Shown here: piece after piece, positions 47,294-61,700 of the stretch
How positions within the stretch are numbered: position 1 is the first letter of the stretch
Layout of the letters: each line of letters opens with the position of its first letter
Assembly: GCF_964355755.1 (NCBI RefSeq)
Contig: NC_092676.1
Span: 27,360,871-27,424,870 of the forward strand
Reading direction: 5' to 3'
DNA from: Antedon mediterranea
Taxonomy: Eukaryota > Animalia > Echinodermata
DNA length: 64,000 bases
Notes under the pieces: generated by a model
What the model saw: only the letters and a program-made list of their open reading frames with translations
Database searches by the model: none
Told to the model about the DNA's origin: nothing
Made by a program: the position numbers and the translations under genes

Positions 47294-48899
47294 GTAAGTA
47301 TTTATATGTGACATTTAATGGTAAATTAGGTATGAGTACACATACAATATAATAAATAGTGCTTTTACTAGGCCCTAGGCTAGTATGTAATAGCAGCACT
47401 AGGCCTAGCTAGGATCACAGGTCTCCGCTAGTAGCGGCCTTCCTTGCTTACCAGCAGGGAACACTCAAAGTATAGGCCTAGCTAGTATGAATGTATAGCA
47501 TATAGGCTATGGGGCATGGCCTTCTATCGTTTCATTTCGTGATCCCCTATCGGGGGGGAGAATAAAATTGCTATGACAATTATAACAAAAATATAGATAA
47601 CCTTAAACTGGCCGGTCCCGCTTGTAAATTTTACGCGTCAACGAAATATGTTTGTTTTTATATGTATTTTATTGCGATATAGAAAATTTTTGTAGGTCAG
47701 TACAGGTCGCACAATTGACCAATCAAAAAATTTGTCTTTTAACTCATGGGGCTGTGCAACAGTAACTGTCCAATCAGATTCCCTTACACAGCGGGATACG
47801 GCTACTAGACGATCGTAAACAAACATGTGTTGTTCTTCTGGAGCGCGGAGCAGGAAGATGTCATCTTCTGATGATCAAAAACGTTGTTATTGACACAATA
47901 CATCTAATTCTGGGACAATATTAACATTCACAGAAACCAAATGGAAAACTTTTTTAATGTGTACAAAAAGTTGGTGCAATCTAAGCGGCAATCAAAAGGA
48001 GTTTTGTAGCCGCAAATCCTTTTGAAAATATTGAGAGGAGCTTAATACCAATACTTGTTACCAATTCCTGGCGACGCTGGATGTCATAAAAAGATGCTAT
48101 CAATATTTCACTGATTGTAGCAAACAAAGGCGAGCAGTAAAATATGAAATAGAGGATGTTAATTCATCCAACAATGAAGAAGGTAAATTCTATTTGTTTT
48201 AATGATAGGTCTAGCCTAGGCTAGCTAGGCCCAGTAATTAGTTCATATCATACTGCCTTGCTAAAAAAAGCCTAGCTACTAGGTAGGTTGGCGGTGGGTA
48301 GTCTACAAAGTTTATTTTTTTAATATGTATTAAGCCTACGTAGAGTAGGCTAGGCCTAGTATATAATTTTTTTTAAATATCTGGGCCAACAAAAAAATGA
48401 ACCCATAATTACAATATGAATTAGGCCTAGCTAGGGTGGCCCCAGTATTATTGTGTAGTGGACCTAGTTTGATGGTACCTCCATCTTGGGAAAAAACATT
48501 TGCATTTTATTATTCAATGTGGTAATGCATGCAAACCTTGGCAAGTAGCCTCAGGCAAGGACAGAATGGACCAACCTGATGCTTTATGTTGTTATTTGAG
48601 ACATATTATTTGAATTCTTGTACTGCAATATTAAATAGTGTATAGATGATACTGAACTGATTATATTATTATATTTATTACACAAACATTTAGAATCATA
48701 AATATTAATTAGTATTCTTTTTTTTTACAGAAGAATTTCAAGGATTAGAGTCAACAGAAGAGTTACTAAACGAAGGAGAGTTCTGCGATCACATGTAGCA
48801 ATTACACAAACTGCATAAAAAATGCTGAACGAAGTCGAAGAGTAGCCATCGGCTCACAAACAATTAAAATACCAAAAGCCGAACAGCAAATTCCAGAAC

Positions 48900-49850
48900 A
48901 GTTGAAAACATTTTTATCTGCTAATCAAGTTCTTCTTTCAAATATGAAGCATGTGTGAAGCAGATCACCTCAAGGGAATAAATGTATTCATAACATCATC
49001 ATTATTATGCAATTCTATTTCAGAATCAAATGGAAAAGTTTTAATCAAGAAGAGGCAGACACCAGAATGTTTCTGTATGCGAAGTATGCTGCACACCATG
49101 GTGGTAAAGATATTTTTACAATCAGCCCTGACACTGATGATGTTTTTATTATTGGATTGGCATTTTGCAAAAGTCTGCATGGCTCTCACCTATATTTCAA
49201 TACTGGAAAAGATGCTAATCTCCGAACAATTCATCTGCAGGCTATTCAGGAACATGTTGGAAATGATGTTTCAAATGCATTAATTAGACTACATTGCTTC
49301 ACAGGATGCAATTCAGTCAAAGCTTTTTTTGGGAACGGTAAAGTGAAGGCAATGAAACTCGTAATGGAAAACTCTAATTTATGCATTCTTTTCATTGGGC
49401 AATTCTACCAGCAAACTTTCAGATAAATTACTTTGTGATCTAGAAACATTTGTATGTAGGCTGTACAGTATTGTCACAAGAACCAATCTGTCAATGAAGT
49501 AAGGTATGCAATGTTCTCAATGAATGTAAGAGCTGAAAATATGATGCCACACAATAAAGATACTGTATATAAACATATTCAGCATGCCAATTCTCAAGCT
49601 TCAATTCACAAAGCTAGTTTTATTCAACAACAAAATGCTCCATCTCCTGTTGGAAATGGGTGGAAGATGGCCGATAATAAACTCGTAATTGATGGAGAAG
49701 CAACCTGCTCTACACAGCATTCTCGAATTGTCATCCTGGTCATGTAAAAAGTCAAAATGCAATGAAGGGGTTGCAAATGAAAAATGCTGTGTATCCTTAG
49801 GATTCTCTTGTACAGAATTATGCTCGTGCAAAAACTGTAACAATCTTCTT
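48900..49850 (+). pseudogene. Academ XPG-like nuclease/Cys8 finger remnant
   Basis: ORF fragments 49007-49426 and 49511-49747 with frameshifts and stops. Confidence 0.7.
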
Positions 49851-49999
49851 CATACATCAGATGTTTGAAATTGATGGAGATGATAGCGATGATGAGGAAG
49901 AGTTTGAGCAGGAAGAACTTTTTAGTGTAGTTTAAGTGTAATTTATGGTTTACAAATGTTCATTTTACTTGGTCTACATGATTTTAATGTAATAGGCCT

Positions 50000-50456
50000 A
50001 TAATATGTAAATTTATATTAAACTATTTTGTAACTTAACTATTTTGTAACGTAAAGGATGAACCATGAGAAAGTATAAATAAAGAACCCATGAGGTGATA
50101 AGCAATATTAAGACACATGAGTATTATAAGAAACTTTCTACTTTGATGCTTACAATACATTAGTATGCCTATAAAATGTAAATTTATATTAAACTATTTT
50201 GTAACTTAACTATTTTGTAACGTAACGGATGAACCATGAGATGATAAGCGATATTAAGACACAGGAGTATTATAAGAAACTTTCTACTTTGATGCTTACA
50301 ATACATTAATATGCCTATAAAATGTAAATTTATATTAAACTATTTTGTAACTTAACTATTTTGTAACGTAACGGATGAACCATGAGAAAGTATAAAATAA
50401 AGAACCCATGAGATGATAAGCAATATTAAGAAACAGGAGTATTATAAGAAACTTTG
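50000..50456. repeat. Three ~155-180-bp tandem copies within the Academ element
   Basis: ATGTAAATTTATATTAAACTATTTTGTAACTTAACTATTTTGTAACG recurs at ~50005, ~50176 and ~50322. Confidence 0.85.
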
Positions 50457-51486
50457 CTGTAATAATTTCATTTATTTGTTACTAATTGATTATAATTCTA
50501 TGTTATACATCTACAATGAAAACAATAATGCAACATTTGATTTATTACTAATTGATTATAATTCTATGTTATGCATCCAATGAAAACAAAAAGTTGCAAT
50601 TATATAGGAGAGATAATATTAATAAATATTTTGTGACAGCATAGTCATGAATTATAAAGATTGAAAATGCATCTTCTTTTCAGTGTGCTTAAATAAATAT
50701 TAATTAAGGTTTACTAACAGATACATTTCTTACAAGGACTACAATATTAATCTCAAAATTATGATAAAAATATTGCATGTTAAATGTGAAAGAAAGATAC
50801 AGTATAAGTTATTCCAATGGAACGATTGTATTTTATCCAGTACTAACACTAACAGAAAATATACAAAATAGAGGGCGCTATTTCTATGTATTTCTTTATG
50901 TTGAGAAATTCGATTTTTTTACACCTAAAATTACACTTATTGCGTAACTTTTGAAAGCGGGACCGGCTGAATTTGTGTTAATCTAATTATTAACTATAAA
51001 CTGTGTGAATATCTTCCTCCCCCCCGTTAGGAGATCACGAAATTCGTTTTCTAGGCCTCTTTTTGGCTCATGCCCCATAGCCTAATATGCTAAGCCGAAG
51101 TAGCTAAATAGGCTTAGCCTACCTAGGTCTAGTAGTAGTAGGTAGGCCTAGGCCTCACCTCACCATATCTCGGTTAGCTCTATTATTACTATTCATTCAT
51201 TTATTCATTCATATAGGCCTACATTACATATACTAAACAAAGGCTGGAGGTATATTTTTAAATGCTACGGTTTATACCTAGCCTAGCCTAGGGCCTAGGC
51301 CTAGCCTAGCCTAGTCCTTATCCGAAAAGACTCGTTCTACCATGCCAGAACCAAGGAGGGAGTGAGCCATGGCAATCAATGGAAAATTTAAAATTACATT
51401 CAAAGTACATTGGAGATACAGGGTATTTCAAATGCTATTGACATTATAGAAAATTATTTTACTGTATAGTAACATTTCTTTTCAGG

Positions 51487-54400
51487 ATGGCCAGTCTTAA
51501 CAGTCTTTCCGTGCCACAGTTTCCAGCTCGCGACTCTCCACAAAGACTTGGAGGTAAAGTCGCAGAACCAGGTCGAGCTAAAGTACCATTAAAACCAGGT
51601 CGATCACTTATGGACTGGGTTCGACTGGGACAAAGATCAGGGCCTGCATTAAATGGTTTGAGAGGAAACCAAATGCCAGTTGTTACGATGGAAGAACTAG
51701 CGAAGCATAACAAAAGAGATGATGCTTGGACTGTACTTAGAGGTAATGTTAAGTGGTTATATTTGACCTTTTTTAACATTTAACTACTTTTTACGAAAGA
51801 GTAGCTACATGCTACATGTTTGCCATAGCTACAGTAACAACACCAGAAGAGGGTGCCTGGATGTAAAACTTACTATATTAAGACCTTGTTTATATAAGAC
51901 TGTATAACTAGTATAGTATTACCACCAAGTAAGCATCAAACATGAAAGGTATTTCAATATGTTCTACTGTTCATGAAAAGAACTTAAGGACTCGAAGTTT
52001 AATTATTTTTTTTTTTTTTAGGGCGTGTTTACAACATTACCCCGTACATGGAGTACCATCCAGGGGGCGCTGATGAGCTACTCAAGGCTGCAGGAATTGA
52101 TGGAACTGATCTATTTAACAATGTATGTAAATTCTTTCTTTAATGTTTAATTTTGTATGTACATTATATGTATTATATCTCTATCTGAGAAGCCACCCCT
52201 CACAAACCCTCCAATCAGGTAAATGGAGAATATAACCTACAGTAGCACCTAAACATTCTTTTTTTCAGATACACCAATGGGTTAATTTTGAATCCATGTT
52301 ATCCAAGTGTTACATTGGCAGTCTTAAAAACTCATTCTCTGTTCCTACAAAAGGTAATTGATGATGTGCCCATATGGGCATGACGATATCATATCACTAC
52401 CATATTTGAGCATATCTCTACCATATTTGGGCACATTTTTTTTTTGTCTATCTAGTTTGATATTGTAGGCAGAGCTTTAGACCTTCTATATATTATAAAA
52501 TAAAAGTGTGTGAAACCTCAACATGTTTGAAGGGTAAACTGTCTGAGCTTTATGATAAAATGCATAGGATGAATGAAACTACAGTATATAGTTTGAATGT
52601 TGACTTGTTTTCTGTTTAAATTACAAGATATTATAGATATGTCCTAATACTGAACATTCTCTTGTTTCTTATCAGCTCCCCCAAATTCCAAACCCAAAGT
52701 TTTAACATCATCAAGTTCAGGTATGTTTTAGAATTCATTTCCCCATGTCTACTCCTAGGTAATTTTACTGTATAATAATTATGTCAATTTGCACATTTAA
52801 TAAACCCAGTACTTCCACAAAATGTATTGTTTTTTTTTTATATATGATGAATGTATTTTTACTTTGTTTAATTTTAGAGCCAAAACAACCAGAGATTGAG
52901 AAGTATGAAGGAAAACCAAGAGCAAGGTTATTTGTCAATAAGTTTATTTTTTAGTCTTGTTTAGTTTTTGAGTCTTTAATTTAAAACAATATGGTACAGA
53001 ACAGTGGCCATATTTACCAACCACACTTAAAGCTCTATCTACACTATCAAACTTTATGTGACAAAAAAATGTGATTTGCCCATATAGATAGAGACACAAT
53101 GATGTCATATCACTACCATGTTTGGGCACATCATATTTTTTTTGTCAAACTAGTTTTAGTGAGATATTTCCCTTAAATATTAAGTATTTCACTTAACTCA
53201 ATAAATATTTAAGTATTCCTCTTAAATTGTTTTCATTTAGATAGGAGATTTTCTTAACTTTAGCCTAAGTGTTAATGGTGAATACAGCCACAGGCATTTC
53301 TTTATTAATGATAATTTCCAGTTATATAGCGCCATTCCAATGATCATTGCTAATGGCGCTGTGGACTTTATGTTACACTTTTTAACTAAATGCTCTCCCC
53401 TAAGGGTCATGTCAGTGCTGCCAATTCTAGTGCTCTCTCATTATTATATTATTAAGTATTTTGAAAATTAATCACTTGGTTTCTTATGCCTTCTTATTCA
53501 GGTATGACTGGTACCAAAACGCTAGCAGTGTCATCATCACAGTTTATGCCAAATGTCAAGTAAGGCTCACTGACAACATAACAGCAAGTTTTGCAAACAA
53601 AGCAAAAATCAGTTTTACAATATGATTCAATTCAATTTAACAAAAAATTTATTCTTTCAATTGAAAAAGATGATAATAAAGACTAAGAATGAAATGATTG
53701 AAACTGACTTTTATTTGAAAAGGCAAAAGCCAAAAAATAAACAACAGTTAGAACGGGATGACTTTTAATCTTTTTTTACAAAACTCTCTTTTTCTGAGCA
53801 TCGTTTCGTTTACTACTTGTAGATGTTGACACCAAATTGCATAATAATTGATAAGACTTCTCAAGACTTTAAAGCCAAAGTTTACCTTGATGATCATATA
53901 TATTTCTTACACCTTGGTGAGTTATGGATTTTTTTTGTAGAAAAAACTTTTAAAATGCATTATAAGCAATTGTTAAAAAATCAGCATGTGTGAGAAAACA
54001 CAAGTTCAATACCCTTCAGTCATTGTTTTTGATAACATTTAATAAACATTACCTTATTGATAACATTGTGCTTTATTTTGCTAGTAACTAATTGATCAAA
54101 CTTTTTCTTTTTCCCCCCTTATTTGTGGTTTTTTGTGTGTAATTATTATCTTTTTTTTTCTATAGAACTTAATCAAACAGTTACATCCGATTACAAAAGT
54201 AAGTCAATTAAGATTATATTTTTACATAATTTTAAATTTTGTATTAAAAGATTATATTTTAGAATTTCAAAATTATTGTATATATCCTTTTCAAGTTAAC
54301 ACTAATATCTTACATTGTTGAAGTACAAGTCAGGAAAGGCTCAGTGCATAGATTGGAAATAGTATTACAAAAGATGGAATCTGGGAAACATTGGCAAGGT

Positions 54401-57400
54401 TTGGGAAAACAAATGGAAGGCCATGGATCTATAATGGAAGCAAAGGAAAAAGGTGCTGCTAAAAATGTTTATTTATTTATTCATTTAATGTTATTTTAAA
54501 AGGATAACAACTCACTTGAAGATCTAACTTTCGTTTTAGTACAGTTTAGCTGAGAGAGTGATGTAAAATCAAGTTTGAATACTTTTACATTTTTTCAGAA
54601 TTGACATTTAGAAGTTGTAAAGTCAAGAAAGTTGAAACAGTGACCCATGACACAAAGCTACTGACCTTTGAACTTCCAGAAGGGTCGTGGATGAGCCCTC
54701 CGATTGGTTACCATGTATATTTAAAAGCCACTGTTAATGGTATGTTGAATGCATTACTTAAAATGAGTTGTTGTTTGTGTATTTTTGTCAATCTTGTTCA
54801 ATATTTGTGTAATTGTTATTGTAAAATGTGAACAATGTTTTCTTCGGGCTTCCGTTGATTTAAAAATCAATTAAAGATACTGCCATGTAAATTTCGAAAT
54901 TTTGTATACACTAAATTTAAAAATATTTTGATCAGGTACAGAAGTAAATCGTCCATACACTGTTGTTGAACCAACCATTATAGGAGAACCAATGAACAAC
55001 ACACAGCTGCATCTTATGATAAAGATATACAAAGATGGGCTATTGACACCAACAGTAGATGCTTTAAAAGAAGGTTAGCATAAGACTTATTAAATAATAT
55101 CTAAAGAAGATGATTTTCTCTAATTTGGTCTTTTTCTTGATCTGACCAACTTACAAATTGAGCACACAATAGCAAACCAAAAAAAAAAACAAAAAAAAAC
55201 AGATATTAAATCAATAACTCTCGGTTTAAACATTTTAATTTTACTTGCTTCACCAACTTCCCTTCCATTTTATAAATGTGTCTATCCCCACATAATGCTA
55301 ATGCTAATTTAATCCTGTTTTTCATTGTAGGTGATGTCATTGATGTGTCTATCCTCACATAATGCTAATGCTAATTTAATCCTGTTTTTCATTGTAGGTG
55401 ATGTCATTGATGTGTCTATCCTCACATAATGCTAATGCTAATTTAATCCTGTTTTTCATTGTAGGTGATGTCATTGACATAAGTGACTATGAAGGTTCCT
55501 TTGTAGAATCGAGACTGAATACTTGTCAAGATTTAGTCCTACTAGCAGCAGGGAGTGGTTTTACTCCAATGATAAGACTAATACATACAAGTATTGCCTC
55601 TAATTCTAATAGGTATTAATACTATTCAAGATGTATTGTCCCCCAAAAACATGAAAAATGAAGATTAATTAAATTTTGTTTATTTTAATCATTTCGGCAA
55701 TATACATGATAAACTTTACAGAACATAGACAAATATAATATAAAGTAAATCAAACTTTGAATAGGAATAGAAAAATGTTTTTACTTATAAAATAACATAA
55801 CAAATGGTTAAATTCAACAAAAGATCCATTGGCTGGCAGCAAATTTGACCCCGTTTTGCTTTAAATTACAGTTTTTCAGGTAAATAAATTTGATTTAGAC
55901 TATTATGTGACATTAAAAATGGCATATTCAACAAAGAAATTTCAACAATTATTTTTCAGGGGGACATCTTTAAATGTTATTATCTTTAAAATTCATTAAA
56001 GAACATTAATACATTCCTTCAGTGTCTTGATGTCATGACTTTTGTAAAATGTAAAGTGTTTTTTTTTTCAGAAAAGTTAAACTGTTGTTCTTTAACAAAA
56101 CAGAAAAAGATATTTTATGGAAACAAGAACTAGAAATTCTATCAGAAAAAGATAAAAGGTATTTTACAGATTCTGCATGTGTAAACAAACTTAAATATGT
56201 TTTGATTTTAAGTTTTGTTATTTTTAATTGATCTCAAATCGTTCTTTTAATCACTAGGCTTGAAGTAGCACACATATTATCAAATCCAGATTCCACATGG
56301 AAGGGGCTGACAGGGAGAATACGGAATGAAGTCCTTAAGGAACAGTTAAACAATCAACCTGGCACTGCTAAAACCCAACTGATTTGCGTTTGTGGACCAA
56401 CTCCTTTTACCAGAACTGCTTTAACGTACGTACATCTTTTTATTTTTGTAACAAACTATTTGTTGACTTTCCTGTTTAGGTTGAAGCAGGTGGGTTCTAT
56501 ATTAAGACTTTACGCTTATACGAACATGAAAGGGTAGAGAACAATACATACATCTGTATATGCCTACAAACCAATTGGCAATATGGATGAAAATGTTTAT
56601 TGTATCACAAATTTGATTGTTTTGTAGGCATGTGCAGATGTATGTTACGCTCTGTTGCATATTTGTCTTTAGTGACACATTGTGTAAAATCTCTAAGATA
56701 TTGGCTGTTTTACACTATTAACCAGACAGCGTTCTATTGTCGGCTAACAATTTTATTTGCACAACACCCTCCAACTATCAATGTTATTTTGAAGTATCAT
56801 ATTTTATATTTCAGGCCAACGAAAAGTTGTTTTTAATTTTAATAATATAAGTAACATAAAATAACAATTATTTAAAAAAATTTAATATTTTATTAATTTT
56901 CATTTTGACTTTGTGTCTCAAGAGTGAAAGATTTTAAAGGCATATTATTTTTTTATTTTAACCAATCAGCAATCAGAAGTCATGATGCATATTTATTCTG
57001 TCCAATCAGCAATCAGAATTTATAATTTGTATTTATTCTGTCCAATCAACAGTCAGAATTCATAATTTGTATTCTGTCCAATCAACAGTCAGAATTCATG
57101 ATTTGTATTTATTCTGTCCAATCAGCAATCAGAATTAATTTATGATTTGTATTTATTCTATCCAATCAGCAATCAATAGTAAAATTTTCCTGAATTATAC
57201 TATAATTCACAGTTCTCCAAACATTTGTACCAAAAAGGTTTTCAATAATTTAAAAAGAATGTTTACATACTCTGTTTTGAATTTGTAAAAGTACTTGTTT
57301 GATTTCTTACTTTATTCCATCCGTACCTATCATACTTGTGACATAAAGTATGAAAATTCATTGGAAATTCCTCAAAATAGGCTGTATTTTCATCGTTGTA

Positions 57401-57629
57401 GCGCAAGATATTACTCTTAACAATTAAGGAATACAATGTAACCATTAAAAATACACAAAAAAAAAAAACAAGTTTATCAAAACAGCAACATTTTACTTAA
57501 ACTGAATACATTACATTATTTCACAAAATGATTTTACTTTAGAATTAAATAAAAATATTTATTTTATGTTACAGGGTTGTTAAGCAGTTTGGGTATAGTA
57601 TGGAATCTCTTCATCTTTTTACGGCATAG
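51487..57629 (+). CDS. CYB5R4: Cytochrome b5 reductase 4 (NCB5OR), ~528 aa
   Basis: Exons 51487-51742, 52022-52122, 52269-52353, 52676-52720, 52878-52926, 53502-53559, 53823-53916, 54166-54198, 54324-54452, 54599-54739, 54936-55073, 55465-55612, 56072-56158, 56258-56425, 57575-57629 join in frame. [17 protein letters not shown] heme motif, CS domain (YDWYQ), [19 protein letters not shown]. Confidence 0.95.
55277..55477 (+). repeat. 67-bp tandem triplication of a CYB5R4 splice acceptor
   Basis: Three copies of TGTGTCTATC...CTAAT...TTTTTCATTGTAG|GTGATGTCATTGA, with AG ending at 55330, 55397 and 55464. Confidence 0.97.
56960..57176 (+). repeat. ~38-bp tandem repeat x6 containing CCAATCA in the last CYB5R4 intron
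   Basis: TCCAATCAGCAATCAGAATT...TTGTATTTATTCTG units. Confidence 0.85.
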
Positions 57630-57843
57630 ACAAACAGTAGCATTGTGTTACATATTAGCACCCTTTTACAAAAACTTACGGAAACTAAAAATGCATTTTA
57701 AAACATTTTATAACATCACAATATTTATTTGTGAAATTCAATATGTCTCCCTCCACTTTCACAAATTTAATTTTTTTTAAACGTCCAAAATAGTGTGCGC
57801 TATTCACAATAAAGACTCACCGATTACTATAGTTATTAAATAT

Positions 57844-57876
<33 letters not shown>

Positions 57877-58791
57877 CTTCAACAGGCCCAGAATAAATTC
57901 TAAACCACTCAGTGATATATATATATATATTCAGATTTTATATATTGTTGTTAGACAGTCTTTCAAATGTTATATTTTTTTGTATTTTGTCCATGTATGT
58001 GTGGTATATGTATAATATTTATATATATTATTTGTACGCTTTTATATTGTAGTATGAATTATTTTTACGAAAACTTTCAAGTAATGTATATAATAATAAT
58101 AATAATAATAATATATAGGCTTAGCAATAGCAATCATAATTGACATTTTGTGTATTGGTTTTGTTTGTACATCATTGAGAATGCAAGTGGATTTCATTTC
58201 ACGAAACAGCAATAAGAAGTTTTGCTAGGACCTAGTATCCTATTGTGGTGTTGGCCCTGGCCGCGATTTTTTTCTTTCGTACTTGAGTTGGGGACTCATT
58301 ATATGAAAGATAGCTGAACTACTTCCTAAACCTAACCCTCTGAATAATCATCTCTTTCCTCACTATGAAATAAAAAGAAGTTGCTCATGATTTTTGAACC
58401 TCATACATCGACATTTAAAGTCCATAATCTAATCTATTCAGTTACACAGACGGCTTGACAGTAATCGTTTGCATTAGTGAATTGTAGTTAGATCAATTCT
58501 TACGTCATACACCTTATGGATATGACTAGTGAATATTATTTTGTGACGTTTCATGAGGGGACCCAACTTACGAACAGAAATATTGCGTCCTGGCCTCAGA
58601 ATCTCCTAATAAAGGAATTAACCAGATATACAGTACTAGTCCCTAATTCGTTGCAAATTAAAAGTTCTTTAAAACACAAATTTAATGTTTATAGTTGTTA
58701 CGGAATCATCCACAAACGTAATTGTTTTATGGTACAACTTTTTCATCCAGTCGTGTCCATCTTTTTTCGCAAGATAACATGGTAAGGGTAT

Positions 58792-61700
58792 TTAACCAGA
58801 TGATGTTTCATGTTGTGATGGTAGCGTTTCTTCTTTAAACGCTTCAACTGGTTTTGTAAGCGGTTTACCCCAGGCAACCTTTGCTTGTCGGGAACTCGCC
58901 ACTTGTCCTGTCTTCACTGTCGTCATATTCGTCTGAGGATCTCTCTAAAAGAAATATCAGAAAAAAAACTAAAATGTAATTCCACAAAAAGTGATTTCCT
59001 GCCCTGGTACTGTCTGTATACAAATGTAGCTCATAGTAGTATTGAAATTTAAGGCCTGGTACACACTGCTATAACGTTCGATCCAAAAAACTCAACATAA
59101 CTCCGGTGTGTACCAACCCCCAAAACACAACGAAAATTTAAAAAAATTCTACCGACCTTTTGGTTTGATGGATTACTATCCGTGTGTAAAGCAACGTTCA
59201 GTTTCTTAGCCGACCATCTTTGTTTTGCCGCACGGACCTTAAAAAAAATCAAAGCTACTATGTTAAATCCACAAACTACCTAAACTTACTGACGTCACCA
59301 AATTCGTTATCATGGTTATTTCGGTACCATGGAAAACGAGAAAATGCGTCAACGTCGGATAGTAGTCGTTCAAAGTCGCCACACACTGCCGCCCTTATTA
59401 TGTACATTCCAACGCGTTTTCATTATCAATCCCTGTAACGCGTCATATACCTACTTCGTTATCCATAACACAGTATACAATAAAGATGAAAACGCCTTGT
59501 AATGAGTTGGTGACGGCAAATATGTATTCGATGACCATGGAGTCTGTAGCTGACATGAGAGGCCCAGTTACCCACGCTACCCCCAGCAGAGGTAGTAACA
59601 TTAGTGTTCCCTTCACTGCAGATCTTGGGAGAAAAAATGCAAAACACGTTATCCGCACCGTGCGTCATTTATGAATGTATCTTTGTCATATAATGTATTT
59701 ATTGTTATTGTCACATGACCAGTATTACCATGATACATTTTATTCTAATTACATCAAGGAGGTTATATCAGGGAAGAATTTAATTTAACACTTTCCTGGT
59801 TATATTTACAATATATTTTTCCAATGCAATTATCATCATTATCGGACTTTCTGCATTCTCACTCCTGAGAATGCAGGCTTAAAGCTCCTTGGGGTTTAAA
59901 TGGTATTCTCCAGGCATAATGCAACTATATTATTTACTTAATTTCCAACCACTTGTATCTTTTATATTTTGTATATGTTTGCATTATGTGAATAAATTTG
60001 AACTTGAACTTGAACTTGAGTAAGTACGATCAAAGCATATTGATCGAAACGTCGAGAAACTCAACAGTTCTTTTTCAGAACTAATATACGTGGTGTACCG
60101 TAAACTTTATACAAACACTACCATCGTCTTCATAATCTTCAATACATATTATAATCATCATTATTAATACTCTACTTTAACTTCTAAATTAATTAAACTT
60201 ACTTTGTTTTATTATGCTGCTTTTGCGTATTGTCGGACTTGGTGTGTACTGTCTTTGATCGTTGGTAGATTATACGAATTAGAAATCCCAAAGAAACAAT
60301 ATTGAACTAAACAAAGAAACAATAAATCGATTATCAATGTTTGGCCAAAGCGTGTATTGATGACAATATATATCTATGTAGGCCTACATTACAGTATACT
60401 TATCAGGGAAGAGTTAATTTAACTCTTCCCTGATACTTATTTTCTTCTTCTCAGCTCAGAAGAAATTAGAAAAACGCATTTTCGCTACCTAGCACGCACT
60501 ATTCACCCACAAAAAGAAAACTACTAAAACATTCTTAAGCTCTGTCTGCACTACCAAACTAGTTTGACAACAAAAGTTTGATGTGCCCAAATATGGTAGT
60601 GATATGACATCATCATGTCCATATATGGGCACATCACATTTTTTTGTCACATAAAGTTTGATAGTGCAGACAGAGCTTTAGTAAAAAATGTCTATGCTTA
60701 CCATTTCGATAGCGACGACTGGTAAAATAACTGCCCACACGCCGTCCTTACTCAACCAACACCTTTGTAAAACACAACAGTAGGCATATTAATGTTGTTT
60801 ATTACGCTTGGTTCCCGCTAGGACACAACGCAAGGACGTAAGCGGAACTCAAGGACGTAAACGCAACGCAATGACGTTAGTGCAACGCAAGGACGTAAGC
60901 GCAACGCAAGTAATTTGACCTATCACAAGCGATTGATTATCATTGATCAACTAGCTCGCATTGCGCGCACATCCTTGCGGTGCGTCTAGTGGGAACCAAA
61001 CTTTATATCCTTAAACATTACTTCAAGAATTCTGAAATCTGAGTTGTCCAAGACAGTTATCACAATAAGCATGTGCCGACGTTCTTTACGCACGGTTGCT
61101 TCGTAGTTTTCGACGTCACGTATGATCAAATAGTACTGTACCTATATATTTTTAACCAAGATTAGAATGTCCTTTTAATATTATAGCAAATGTTTGCGCT
61201 ACGTGCACCCCATGTTACCGTCCATAGATAAGCTACACTTACACGTCCGATGAATCGGGGGCGTACAGGTCGGTTTTGGACACCAACAATATTGCAACCA
61301 ATACAAGTGGCGTTCCATAACAAACCAGTAGGTAGTTGCGGATTTTGTTGAATTTACTTGGTGTTTTCTTCACTACTTTGAATATCAAATACACCGCTTC
61401 CGCCAGCATCCACATCAAGGAATTCAGGAGGAATAGATGTAATAAAACGGCGACAGTTTTACAGGCCGCCTGAGGAATAGACAAACAAGGAAAGAGAACA
61501 TGAAATGCCAAAAAGATAAACTTTAAGCTATATGACCTTTTGAACTTATGTTTCTTAATTTCAGTTTATTTCTTAAAACAACCAATGTTACCTATGTTAT
61601 TCTATACTCGTAAAATTCACCTCATTTTGTTTTATTTTGATTAATAAGTACCACAATTGCACGATGTTCCCGTACTTAATTATAATTACATTAATACAAT

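Larger units (their letters stand above)
47503..51084 (+). mobile_element. Degenerate, internally deleted Academ (AcademX-type) DNA transposon
   Basis: 16-bp perfect TIR TAGGCTATGGGGCATG/CATGCCCCATAGCCTA, further subterminal IR blocks, 3-bp TSD ATA. Broken XPG-like ORF (EEADTR, SPDTDDV, HCFTGC, GNGK) followed by a Cys-rich finger (CTELCSCKNC). Confidence 0.8.

Noticed and set aside
56960-57176. CCAAT-box cluster as an internal promoter
   Set aside because: Simple tandem repeat in a last intron with no downstream gene start evident.
59270-59400. Alternative GPCR helix-8 exon (IRAAVCGDFERLL...)
   Set aside because: No in-phase AG acceptor. The exon starting at 59237 (VRAAK) fits better.
60018-60115. 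Penelope-like repeat with possible hammerhead ribozyme (GATC...GATCGAAAC; similar sequence near 36910)
   Set aside because: The CTGANGA catalytic core is not present intact, so it cannot be supported.
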